From Azolla caroliniana (Eukaryota; Plantae; Polypodiophyta), in assembly GCA_043228905.1 (NCBI GenBank), contig JBHGNT010000007.1, positions 4,402,001 through 4,466,000 of the forward strand: a DNA stretch of 64,000 nucleotides, written 5' to 3'. Below are positions 36,921 to 49,541 of this stretch, one piece after another. The translations under genes were made by a program, and so were the position numbers. Position 1 is the first letter of the stretch. Each line of letters opens with the position of its first letter. The notes under the pieces are model-generated. The model was not told the DNA's origin. It saw nothing but the letters and a program-made list of their open reading frames with translations, and did no database searches.

Positions 36921-39900
36921 CGCCATAGCCTTTCAAACCTATCCTCATTGTGTCCCCTTCACCTCACAAATCGCACATAAGGACACAACTTTATGAGCTT
37001 CTACCCTACCCCACCCGAGTGAGGGTCATCACATGGTCCCCTTGTAGGCTTAACCATTGTAGACCTGGCTTTTTCTCAAATATCTCGTTTCCTGTTGTTC
37101 GCTACCCTGTGACACTCCGCCTTGCCTATGATAGCTCGTACTACTGTGTTGAGCGGTTCACAAAATGTTTGCATGTATGTAAATGGAGCCTTGCTCGCAA
37201 GAAGCTTTGTAGCTGAACATTGCACCTAAACTTATGGATCCTTTGCCTTGCCTACATGAGCTCATGACATGTTGAGCATTGTATCGAGGGACGTACTCTC
37301 TCCTCCTCGCTTTCAAAAATGCATAATGTGCTTTAACAATGACATCACTACAAATACGCAACCTTTCTCATAGAAAGCATGTCACACCAAAATGTTTTGA
37401 ACACTTTAAGGAAACATGACCGAATGTGGTTTATTATTCCCACTAGAGGAAAGGCTAAGGTTCAAAACACGATCAAAGATTCATGACAAAGCATCACAAA
37501 ATTTAGAAGAAGAATAAAGCATAAGAAACCATCAATCTTATGAAGTGTGCAAGATAACCTAACTTAGCACACCTAGTTAGGGTACATGGAGTCTTGCCTC
37601 GCCTACAAAAGCTCATTACATTGAACAATGTACTACAACCTGCAAAAAGTTTTGGGGGGGGGGGGGGGGGGGGGGTAGTTTAAAAAGTTTTTCCACATTG
37701 GATAATTTCACAAACTTCTCCTATATATATATATTGAATTCCTTAATTCCTTTTGGTAGCACTGTATAGAAAGGAAAGGTAGCAAGAAGGAAGATTTGTC
37801 AAAATGCCATTCCTTTTACATGGAAATGCTATCAAGATGTATACACATTTTGAAACTCAATAATGTATAGATATAGTATTCGACATCCACCCCTTGTGGC
37901 CATTCCTTGGGAATGAGTGTCACATCCTTGCTTTAGGGATGGTTCAAATCAACCTTTGCTTCCATGTCTACTTTGCCACTTCTTGTCAAGATAAAGTCAC
38001 TCTATTACATAGATAAAAGCTTAGGCCTTAGGGGTCTGACACTATATAAATGTATTATACCTTCAACGTGCCAAAATAACTTTGGACCACCATTATCATG
38101 GAAACTAGGGCAACATTCCATGATACTTCATGGCATTCATAAGGTACAATAATAAATTATCTTGTGACACATCATGACTCCCCAGTAATGCCACTAGTTT
38201 AATGATCCTCACGAGTCCTTGAACACACCTTTGACGTGTTTCATTTCGAGCAAAATTATGAGTAGAATAGATAACCCTACATGTGTCTTATTCGCACATC
38301 ATAATACCGTGCAAATAATTTTGGCTTATCAGAATCCATTGCATGATGATTAATCAAAATTGACTACTGAATGAAGTCCTTTTCAATTGAAGATCACAAT
38401 CTTTGGTAGTTTTTTTTGATGTAGTGATAATTCTTCCAACAATCTTTAAAAGTATATGTTTGTAAGGCGTGTAATATAAATATCGAGTTACTGTTATTTT
38501 GGACATTGGACATCAATGCGAGCATTTCATTAGTAGGACACCCATATATATGGCCATTGTCGTTTAAGTGTTGGTTACTTGTACAAGTATCCCAACACTA
38601 GCATAGGAATCATTTATTGTTTTATAAACATTGAATCTATAGTATGTGGGGCAAATTTGATCGAAATAGTCATGACTTGCAACGTTAGGATTTGATTGTA
38701 GTTCAATTCTACGATGCCTTAAAAATGTCCATTGATGTGCACACAAAAGAAATTTATTTAAATGGAATGGGAAAGCAAATTTCAGCTCACCAACGGCAAC
38801 ACGAGGAGATTTAAATCAATGTCAATAGAATTGTAATGTGACAAGATGTGTGTCCTTGAATCATAATTTATGTGTATAATGAAAACAATAGGCTACGTCA
38901 TGTAACTATAGTATATATAAGCAAACTAGTATATAATATATGTTTGGTATTAAATAAATTGTTTATGGGTTAAACGTATAGAAATTGAGTGTTTATCGAT
39001 TAGATGAAACTTTGACAACAACCGTGAGGAAAAAACCACATGGTGAATTTTTAGTGCTTACACATGAATCGAGCATAACCTTTTTCTAAAACAACACGCA
39101 ATGCAAGTCTTCAATTGCTGTTTTTTATATGTATCATACAGAATCAAGCTTATGCAGGAATCGAATTCGAGTTTCAAAATACGAGGAATGAAGATTAAGG
39201 TTTGAGATTGAGCATCGTCATTGATGCAAAAGCACACCAACATAGTTGAGCATTTGGGCATCATATCCCAACTAGGTAACCAAATGTTCAATCACATGCA
39301 GCAACGTTAAGCCCGAGTTACTACTGGAGCTACTTTATTGTGTATCATAATTTCATTCTTTGATTTAAAACGAGACTTCTCCTCCATTGTTTTAAAGATG
39401 ACCAACAAGACTTTATACATCCAAAGGACGAAGTACGCAGGTTTTTTACCGTGTTACACATATAATTAGAAAAGGTTACAAGATAAAATTCAAGAAGACA
39501 CATGGTAGATCTTAAAGTTTGAGAATCCAACTTACTGACTATGTCCTTCTCCTCAATTAATGTGTCTCGCATTATTCCATCTATTATGCATTGCACATTG
39601 CACAAGATACCAACATGTTTGTTGTATGTGCATATTTCATTTATTGTTGAACGCAAACTTGTTCACTTATTATGAATGCATAAAGGAACGCATACTTGGA
39701 AAAAAAACATGTTGTTGGCTTATTGTTAACTTAATATTCATTTAAAATAAAGAAAGGAAATATATGTGTGAGGATGTTATGGAGATCTCGATGATATAAA
39801 GGTAAATGATTATGTTATTAGAAAGCTCGGGAAGTCATGATATTAAATTAATCATGCCACTCTAATAAACCACTTTTACTTCATGAAGTCCAACAATGCA

Positions 39901-42679
39901 ACCATATGTTATATGAAATTTCAAAACAATTGACTTTATGTGTTTCATTCATCCATGACTACAATAATATGGGCCAAATAGCAGTTGACTTCATTTGCTT
40001 CAACTCACCTCTCTCAACAATAATATGGCCCAAATAACTCCCAATGTCAATAATTTCCTCCTAAAACATTGGATTCGTCTTTGTATTAATACATTCACAA
40101 TGGATAATGTTATCATCACAAAACACTTATGATTCGTTGGGAATGTGCCACTAGTATTTAATGTTGCAAACAAATAGTTAATTCAAGTCAAACTTGATTT
40201 GTAGGTCATAACAATGTTGAATAAGTTATGAGTGATTCTCACAAGAGTAGCAGTCAACCTTCACATAGACTCTTTCATGCAAGGTGTTTGTGGTGGATAT
40301 TTCATCTAAAAATATGGGTAGATTCACAAGTGTGGGGATTAAGCAAGGAATATCCTAATAATGGTCGCCTCAATCAAATGCTTAAAATGTGAGAATTGGG
40401 TGTGGAGATCAAATGAATGTGAAAAGAGAATAGGTAGATAAAGTAGGAAAATGATTATGATTAATATGTGGAAAAAAGGTGGACGATGAGTGTCTTGTAA
40501 ATCAAAAAATTAATGCCATAGTTCAAAAAAGAAAAGAAAAAGTTAAATAACTTCCCATGACTTCTCTGTGCATTCTTTATGCACGAGAGAGCGTGGAAGA
40601 ATGAATGGTGAATCATGGAAGAATGAAGGGGGTGGCCGATCTCTTTGTAACATTACCATGATTGGGAAAAGTGGATTGTTTTAATTAGTTCTTGCAGAGA
40701 GGTTTCGGGTGAGAATTTGGATTCTTTGGGATAAGGTAAGTCCCAATGATGAGATATCATTAATCCAAAACCACCCCACCAACTTCCAACAAGAGTTAAC
40801 AATTTTACTTCATTCATGAATGTGCCCACATGGGCCTTTCCATTTCAATTTTCTCACACTATTTGGCTCTTTTTTAAATATGTCCCCACAAAGGGAGATT
40901 TTGTTTCATGAATGTTAGGGTGTTAAGTTTATTATGTTTGGCCAATACCATCATAAAGAAAACACCTCAGGGTGTTGGAATTTAAATACATCAAAGTCTC
41001 AAAAGCTAATGATTGCACCTCAAGCACTATCCAAAACCTACGTCTCCCTCTTCAAAAGTTATACACATGCACACCTTTATTTAGTATACAGAGTGTGGAT
41101 TCCATAAATGCCTCCTCTCTCTTCGTGGTCAATAAGAGGAAACTCATCTTTGTATTCTGTAACATTGAGCAAATGGGCCCTTTGATATGTTGGAGGAGAA
41201 TTCTTTCATGTAAGATTTATTCGTTGGTTGAGTTTCACAGCTCATGTTGTTGGCTTCTAAACAATGATAAGACTCCATTGTCATGGTCTCTCTTCTCTAC
41301 TAAGTTTTCATGTTAGAGTTATATCCCATTATTACACAACCAGTGGTAGCATCACGAGTAGAGAATTTGGTAAGAGAGACGTGGAATTTGCAAGTCGTAG
41401 TCACATTGAAACCAAGAAGGGATAAAAGAGACATTGTGTGGCATGATTATGAAGAATCATGACACATTGCTATTAGATGCCATAAAGATGATGCAAACCA
41501 ACGAGTTTGGAGGTGTGTACCCTATGCAATAGGGTATACTTCACCCATGATTTGTGATGTGATTTGCAAATGATCAGTGTTACCAATGCATGTGCCAAGA
41601 AGACTCAACCTTTTGAATTTCATGGAGAATAGAGTGGTACATGATGCAATGCTAGTGAACTGAAGGCATTCTTCGAGGTGTTCAAGAGAAGGTGAAGTAG
41701 GTTTCTTACGTGCATAACCATAACTCATTAAGAGATAGGTTTTTCATAGTTTCCCCTAATCTTATGATGAGTATGCGTGGGTAAATTTTGAAAGGAACTA
41801 GGGCATGAATTGTAATATTCAATCCACAGTGTGGGATTAACTATTAAGCATGTTATCACTTGACCACTTCAAATAAGGTAGTTGATTTTGAACCCAAGGG
41901 CCTAGGGTTTCAACCTATATTATAAGGAGACTACCTACCTTCTTTTGAGGGAGGCTTGACTTATGTTGAGACTATGACAATGCGGTTATGGCTCTTGTTA
42001 GCTACACACGTGCGGTTCATTGTAGAACCCAAAGGTATGACTCTTTCAACCCTCGATGGTATGGGACATAAACCTTAAGAAAGGACATACTCTAGGTGGT
42101 GCATTGGATTTGTCCAAAGGTTAGCCCTCAGAAAATAAGTCAAACGTAATTATCGAATGTGCCATTCATTGATCATGTAGAAGATTCAAAGTGGATATCC
42201 TTGATCCATTTGTGTACTCAAGAAGAGAGGAAAACGCATGTGTGGATTACAGGCTGCTAACTAATACAATGCACTGAAAGTGTTCTTAAGAATTGAGATG
42301 GGGGCATGTGTGGCCAAACCAGAGACTCATTTTACATATGAAGGAATGGTATTATTATTTTTGTCTTGAAAGCGTAGTACGTAATATACTCGAATGCATT
42401 GGCAAAACATTATGTTCCCATACGAATGAAAACGAATGCGTATGTTATCAAAACATTATTATGTTTTTTTTTATTACACATTTTACCTTAACTTTCTTAG
42501 TACCTTAAAAGAAAATTATCTTATAATAAATAATGAATACAAAAGTATGGTATTTACCATACTCAAAATGATTGAAACATTCGCGAATACACGTATGGTA
42601 CGTATGGTTCATACTATGCTTGATAGAGTAGGACCAAAAAGAATGAATGGTTTTTTTTTTGTTTTTTTTGCTTGAGAAT

Positions 42680-45350
42680 TTGAATGAGATGGATTTGAGG
42701 AGGCTATTTTTGGGGTTTCTGCAAATATGGGGGCTATTTCGGAGATCTCTCTGCAAACAGAAAGAAAGTAAGAAGCAATGAAAGTATGTATGTATTGCAT
42801 GGAATGGAGTTTTGATTAGAAGCAGTTTTATTTCGTGAAGGAATTGTCTGTCTGTCTGTCTCTGCAATCGTATCGTTTTCGATCGAAGAGAAAGCGCTGA
42901 AAAAGAACCTGTTTTAGGGCTTTTGCTTTGCACAGGTACTCTCTTCCTTCTCGTGTCTTCTTCTATCTTCTTCTTCCTTTTCATCTCTTCGTTTCTCCTG
43001 CTGAAATTCCACGTCCCTTAACGTATGTGCAAACTGTTTTTTTTTTGAGCAGGATTAGGATTTTACGCATTCATTCATGAAACTTTTACATATGTCTTTC
43101 TTCTGCTTCTGGAGAAAATTATGAAAGAAACAAGCCGGATATGATGCTCCGCCTTGCATTTGTCTGATTAGAATGCTGGCGAGAAGCTTATTGTAGTCAT
43201 TATGTTTTCTTCTTATTCTTGCGCATGGAATGAGATCAAATTGTTTTCGAGAATGCCTTTCTTGTCGTGTTCTTTTCGTGCATCAAATGTAATCAGGTTG
43301 TTGAGTAGGATTGTTTCCTTGTTAGCGTCTTTTCTCCCATCATTTGTGTGTAGAATGATCAAAATTTTGGCAAATAATGTACTTTTTGTAGTTTTTTCAT
43401 TCACAAAATGATTGAATAATATCAAGACGTCGATATTAATATTTATTTCTTGTGGTATTTTATTCACAATTATTCTGCATAAAATGGAAACAAAATGTTG
43501 CCAATGGAACACTTTCTTGGCGTGTATTTTTATTCCCATTGTGGCATTATCTGTAGTGAGACATGGACATGCAAACCAACTTCCATGTTAAGTGAGTGAG
43601 TAGTGGTGCTTCCCATATTAAGGTACATTTCACTTTTTTTCTAGAATGTGGAATTGAACCATATATGAATAGATACAGGGGGAATTATATATATGGAAGA
43701 GTAAGGATAGATATGAAACCAAACCAGGGGGTTAACCAGAGCAATAAACTTGAAGGGAACTTGCTAATAAGAAGTCATTTGAATTTTGCATGTTCAATTG
43801 CTCAACATGTGAGTTTAGATTTGAATCACGTGGTAGTAATGAGATCTCAGACCCGGAGATCAACTTTGATTTTGTCACTTAGAGGAACTCGTTTCTAAGT
43901 TATCTAGGACCTCGGGTAAATCCATGTTCATTGCTTTTGGCTTAGTTGATTAGTATGAATCTCATCACTTTGTAGTATGCAATGATAGACAAAATGGAGG
44001 CCATTGAAATTCTTATATGATTTCTCACCCATTGTGTCCTTCTCAAGATATTATTAAAGGTTGCCTTGGTGCCTACATAGAGATCTATCATGAGAGAAAG
44101 AGATAGATGTTGTGAGTGGGAATGTACTCATGAAGGTGCAACTTTTATTTACGAAGGTATATGTAATGACAGGAAGATAAATATGATGGCAGCATATCGC
44201 TCGTGCCATGCACGTGGCTGATATATGCTTTGGTTGTGTTGATTATTTATATTTACGTTAAAGGAAATATTGTTGTTCTAATTGGATCACCAGTGATTTG
44301 AAGTTGGTTACATATTGTCAAATAAAACCTGTGCTCCAATTTTTTGCAGCATCTTTTCTGAACTCAAGAACACTAAATTACGATTTTTATTGGTATTATT
44401 CCTTTACTTGGTTTATAAGATTTATTACTTTGAAATGTTATACAGTAGAAAATTTCTTTATGATTTGTGTAAATTTGAAACCATTGATGCGTATTCTATC
44501 TGCATGTGCTTGTATATCAAGTTGTTTTTGATGCAGCAACCATTTGAAAGGATGATTGCTAGATTAATGGCAGAAAGTAGTTCCTGTTATCTGCTATGCC
44601 TAGCTATCAATTATTTTATACCTTTGTTTGATGTAAATGGTGCTTTTAAGGTTTGATGGTTTGCTCTATTATTTGACACATTTTAGACATTGTGGGGTTT
44701 ATCTAACCAACTCCGAGGCTGATGTAGATAAATGGATGGTTAGGATGTTCTGAACACTACGATTTTTATAGAATTATAATTGGACCTAGTTTTTACATTG
44801 GGATGACAAAGATCACATTATTAAGCGTGAGTTGATGAGTCAGATAAAGGGATGGTTAGGATGTTGTGAACACTACAATTTTTATAGAATTTTAATTGGT
44901 CCTAGTTTTTCCATCGGGATGATGAAGATCACATTATTTAGCGTGAGTTAATGAATCATTCTTCATTAGCCGATGATTGGATATTCTCATAAAATACATG
45001 TCTATTCTAAATAAAGTCTCCTTTCCATTTTTTTATAGAGGAACTGGGTTATTTTTAATCATATTACATTCATAGGCATGGACATGCATGCAATTTACTT
45101 TCCATTGTGTGTTCAATCATAGAATGTTTGTTGGCCTATGATTCCTGAAATTCTTTGACATTTTGAAGTTAGAAAAGTATGCATGACTGGAAATAATCTT
45201 TATCTTTTCTCGTTATGTAATTTGGAAGAAGGAAGCTTAACGGTGTTAGTGCTCTTTTATACTTATTGCATATTCTTGCATGTATTTTTATCACCCTGAA
45301 TTTTCTTCTGGTACAATTTAAATTAACAGGCTTTATTTTTCCTGTAACAG
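42680..45350 (+). other. Probable 5' leader exon(s) and long leader intron of HMGR
   Basis: A CT-rich UTR-like block at 42940-43020 is followed by the donor-like GTATGT (43023). Acceptor-like TAACAG sites end at 45329 and 45350, just upstream of the ATG at 45390. Confidence 0.45.
44726..44958. repeat. ~116-bp tandem duplication
   Basis: AGATAAA.GGATGGTTAGGATGTT.TGAACACTAC...GATCACATTATT.AGCGTGAGTT.ATGA occurs twice. Confidence 0.9.
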
Positions 45351-45389
45351 TTTTTGAGTTCGTCTGTTTTGTGTTGCTTATGTGACGGA

Positions 45390-47639
45390 ATGAGAACTCA
45401 GCTGTATGATCATGTTTCTTTCGATGAAAAACTTGAAAAAGGGAACAAAAATTCCAAGCTGCTTGCTTCTGATGCCCTGCCTCTTCCAGTGTGGCTCACC
45501 AATAGGATTTTCATCCTGACCTTCTTTACTGCTTCATACTACCTCCTCCAGAGATGGGGAGATAAGAAATTCAGGAACCCTACACCACTTCATATCTTAA
45601 GTTTTGGAGATATTATTGCATTTGTTGGTCTTATTGGGTCACTTATTTATCTCCTCGGATTTTTCGGGATTGACTATGTTCAAAATTTCATCGGTAAAAC
45701 CTCAGATGGGCTATGGGAATTCAGTGAGGAAAACGAAGACAATGTTAGAATGGCATCTGATACTAAAGCAATCTTAAAACCTCCTGGTTCTAAACCAAAA
45801 TATCAGCCACAATTAGAACTGAAAGCTCCAAATTTGGGTGAGAACAATGACGAAGACATTGCATCAGCAGTTAATTGTGGTTCTATAGCCTCATATTCAT
45901 TGAAGGCAAGTTTCGGAGATGCATATAGAGCAGCTTCTATAAGGAAAAGAGCAATGGAGATTATCACTGGACGATCGCTTGAATGTCTTCCTCTTAGTGG
46001 CTTTGATTATGCATCTGTAGTTGGGCAGTGTTGTGAAATGGTGATCGGACATGTTCAATTACCTGTGGGTGTAGCTGGACCACTCTTACTTGATGGTTGT
46101 CAATACATGGTGCCTATGGCTACTACAGAAGGTTGTCTTGTAGCAAGTACTAATCGGGGGTGCAAAGCAATTTTTTTATCTGGAGGTTGTACAAGTATTC
46201 TCCTTAAAGATGGCATGACAAGGGCACCTGTAGTCCGTTTCAACCGAGCAAAACGTGCATCCGAGTTAAAATTGTATATTGAGGATTCTAGTAAATATGA
46301 GACTCTCAGTACGCTTTTTAACAGGTACATCTATTCTTCATAATAGAGCATCACCTATTTATCAGTTCATGCATTTAATGGATCAAACACTTTTGTTCTT
46401 GCGGTTCATGCAATAGATATTTCATAATCACAATAGAGGTTTCTATTTTATCATTTATGCATTCAATCAAAACAAATAGATTTGCATGCAACTTTCGCAT
46501 TACACAATAGATGATGTCTTCTATGACTGTAACAGAGATTTCTATTTGGTCATTTATGTGCATTCAGTCAGAACAAATCTATTTGCATAACTGAAACTTC
46601 ACTTTGCAGAATAAAGATTTCATATTCATATTGTTTATGTGCATTTAATCAGAACAAGCAGGTTTGCACGTCTACAGAGTATACAGTGCACGTTAGCTGG
46701 TCGGAATCTCTACATTCGGTTCTGTTCCTCAACTGGGGATGCTATGGGAATGAACATGGTTTCGAAAGGCGTTCAGAGTGTTCTTGATTATCTTCAGAAT
46801 GAGTTTCCTGACATGGAAACTTTGAGCATCTCTGGTAAAATAGTCAAGGCATGAACACTGATGTACATGAACAGGACACTATCTTTTCTTTTTCCCTGAT
46901 TAAGTAATAGGTACTTTCTTGATGTATAGCACAGGCAATTTATGTGCGGATAAGAAAGCAACAGCTATAAACTGGATCAATGGACGTGGGAAATCGGTGG
47001 TTTGTGAGGCTGTCATTTCCAAAGAGATTGTTGAAAATGTACTCAAGACATCTGTATCTGAGCTAATAGAACTTAATACTGTAAAGAATCTTGGTGGCTC
47101 AGCTCTTGCGGGTTCTGTGGGTGGTTTTAATGCCCATGCTTCAAATATTGTTTCTGCGATATTCATTGCAACGGGTCAAGACCCTGCTCAAAATGTGGAG
47201 AGTTCTCAGTGTATCACTATGATGGAGTCAACAAATGAAGGGCGGGACTTGCATGTTTCTGTCACAATGCCATCAATAGAGGTAGGTGGTAAAATCATTA
47301 AATGGTGATATGGACCACATTACTTCTTGCTGAACTACTTATAATTTGATAGATTGGTGCCTATTGATATTTTGATGGTGCTTATATTTTCAATACAAAT
47401 AGGTTGGAACAATTGGCGGAGGTACTGATTTGGCATCTCAATCTGCATGCTTAAATCTTTTGGGTGTTAAGGGTGCAAACTTAGAGAGGCCAGGTGCTAA
47501 TGCACAAAAATTGGCTAGAATAGTTGCTGGAGCTGTTCTTGCTGGTGAGTTATCTCTCATGTCTGCTTTAGCTGCTGGCCATCTTGTTAAAAGTCACATG
47601 AAATACAATCGATCGAACAAGAACCTCGCCGAAAAATAA
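45390..47639 (+). CDS. HMGR: 3-hydroxy-3-methylglutaryl-CoA reductase (class I, mevalonate pathway), ~566 aa, 4 coding exons
   Basis: Exons 45390-46324, 46653-46834, 46935-47281 and 47403-47639 (1701 nt). Motifs: ASDALPLP, two TM segments, [69 protein letters not shown], and HMKYNRS (SnRK1 site). Confidence 0.97.
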
Positions 47640-49322
47640 AATAAAGCCTCTATTTATGAAGGAGCTAGCTTGAGCACTTGAAAAACACCTTGTGTTATTT
47701 TGATGAGTTATTGATGATATATTCTGTATATACAATTTTTTGTCGAAAGGACTCTCGAGTGTGTAGTAGTGATGTGGCCTATTGAAATGCAGATTGCATC
47801 TTACCAGAAACAAATGGTGTTAAGTACCATTATTTTTGTTTCATGAGTGCATGTGTGTTAATACACTTGCCTTCAATCTTTAGGGGTTCTCATAAATTTC
47901 ATTCCTTGTTTATGGAAATATTGATGAAACATTAAGGTAATAGTGAATACTCTCTTGGTGTCAAATAATTGTTTATGTAAAAGGATCACAAGAGATTCTT
48001 ATTTTGGGGACAGGATACTGAGAAATGTTTTCTACGCAAAACGTTCTTTAGGTTTAGGTCTATTTACCTGTACCATATGATAATAATGTAGTTTATGCTT
48101 ATGCATGTAAGATAATTGTCAGTGGCAGTCTTCGATATTTTACTTTATCTTCATCATCGTCGCTTGTTTTCACTATTATAGCTTTAGTCAAAGAATAACT
48201 AGTGCTTCCAAAGGTTGTACTTGATTTTCAAATATTGAATGTGCTACCAACATCTTGAATGCCGGGATTGGTATTTCTTTTTCAATGATGGTACTATCTT
48301 ATTGGTCAATAATTTGGTATGACCTATGGATTTTTAAAAAATTAAAATGTAAGAGTTATTGGTTCACCACATACTTTAGAAGTCTCATTCCTTCTGTCTG
48401 ATATGTGAAGACGTGATTTGATATCTAAAGTGGTAGTGTTGCCTATCTTATGTTTGCCTTCTCTCATCTAGCTCGTTATGTTTGTTCTTCATTCGATGTT
48501 TATATGTGAAGTGGAACGTGGAAATGGTTTTTGGCAGCTTTTGTTTAATTCTTTAGGTGAGGTGAAACATGGAAGTAGTATTATGTGCTTCCTACATAGA
48601 AGCTCTACAACGAGAATGTGTTGAACATTCACGTGACAAGGGAGTAGTGCACATTGAAAATACATCTCATTTGTGCTAATTTTGGAGCTTGGGTCAAGAA
48701 TGTTGGAAATAATGATGGAAGGCAAACTTTCAAAACTTTATCATGGTTAAACATTTAGTAGAGTTGTGTACTTAGAAGTGAGAATCAAGGCCATCAATTT
48801 GAAATTAACCTCTCATGCTTGTGATAGAGAGCTCAAGCTTTGTTATATTGCTACACTAGTATGATAACCCCATCTTCCTCACTTTCTAGTAAAAGTCCTA
48901 TATTCTATTCGAAGCTCAAAATCTTGCCTCTCTTCTCTCATTAGTTTAGGGAGGATGCAACATTTTACCCCGAACTCAATCTATTCCTGACCTTTGCACA
49001 CCCTTGCATGGATTGGCCATTACATGATCGATGTGAAAGTGGGGATCATTTGTGATGGGAATCCTTGAAGCATCCAACATGTTTTACTTGAATAGGTGGT
49101 TCACCTTTGCAAAGAAGAATGGGAGATTATGATTCATCGAGGATCTTCCGTTGGTAAATAAAGTTACTATTCGTAATGTTGGGATCAGGCCTAGCATGGA
49201 TAAATTTGTTGAAACCTTTGTCGGGAAACCTCTATGTCGGCTATGACCAGTTCCAACTAGCTTTAGGTAGCCAAGCTATCACCACAATCCCAATTGTGTA
49301 CATTGCCACAAGGGGCAACTAA

Positions 49323-49541
49323 CTTGGTGGCTGAAATCAGGAGAGCGGTCAACAAAGTGTAGATGATTCACATACTCACATATTCTATTATAAATTTACA
49401 CTACTATATAGAACCCAAATAATAGTCGATCCTTGGTGGCTGAAATCAGGAAAGCGGTCAACAAAGTGTAGATGATTCACATACTCACATATTCTATTAT
49501 AAATTTACACTACTATATAGAACCCAAATAATAGTCGATCC
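49323..49541. repeat. Near-perfect 109-bp tandem duplication
   Basis: CTTGGTGGCTGAAATCAGGA(G/A)AGCGG...AATAGTCGATC occurs at 49323 and 49432. Confidence 0.95.

Noticed and set aside
37654-37676. Poly-G runs (also at 4129-4144) as functional G-quadruplexes
   Set aside because: These are intergenic homopolymers of uncertain length with no supporting context.
41000-41800. Possible gypsy RT/RNase H remnant on the minus strand
   Set aside because: The resemblance (LEECLQ...) is too weak to support without a search.
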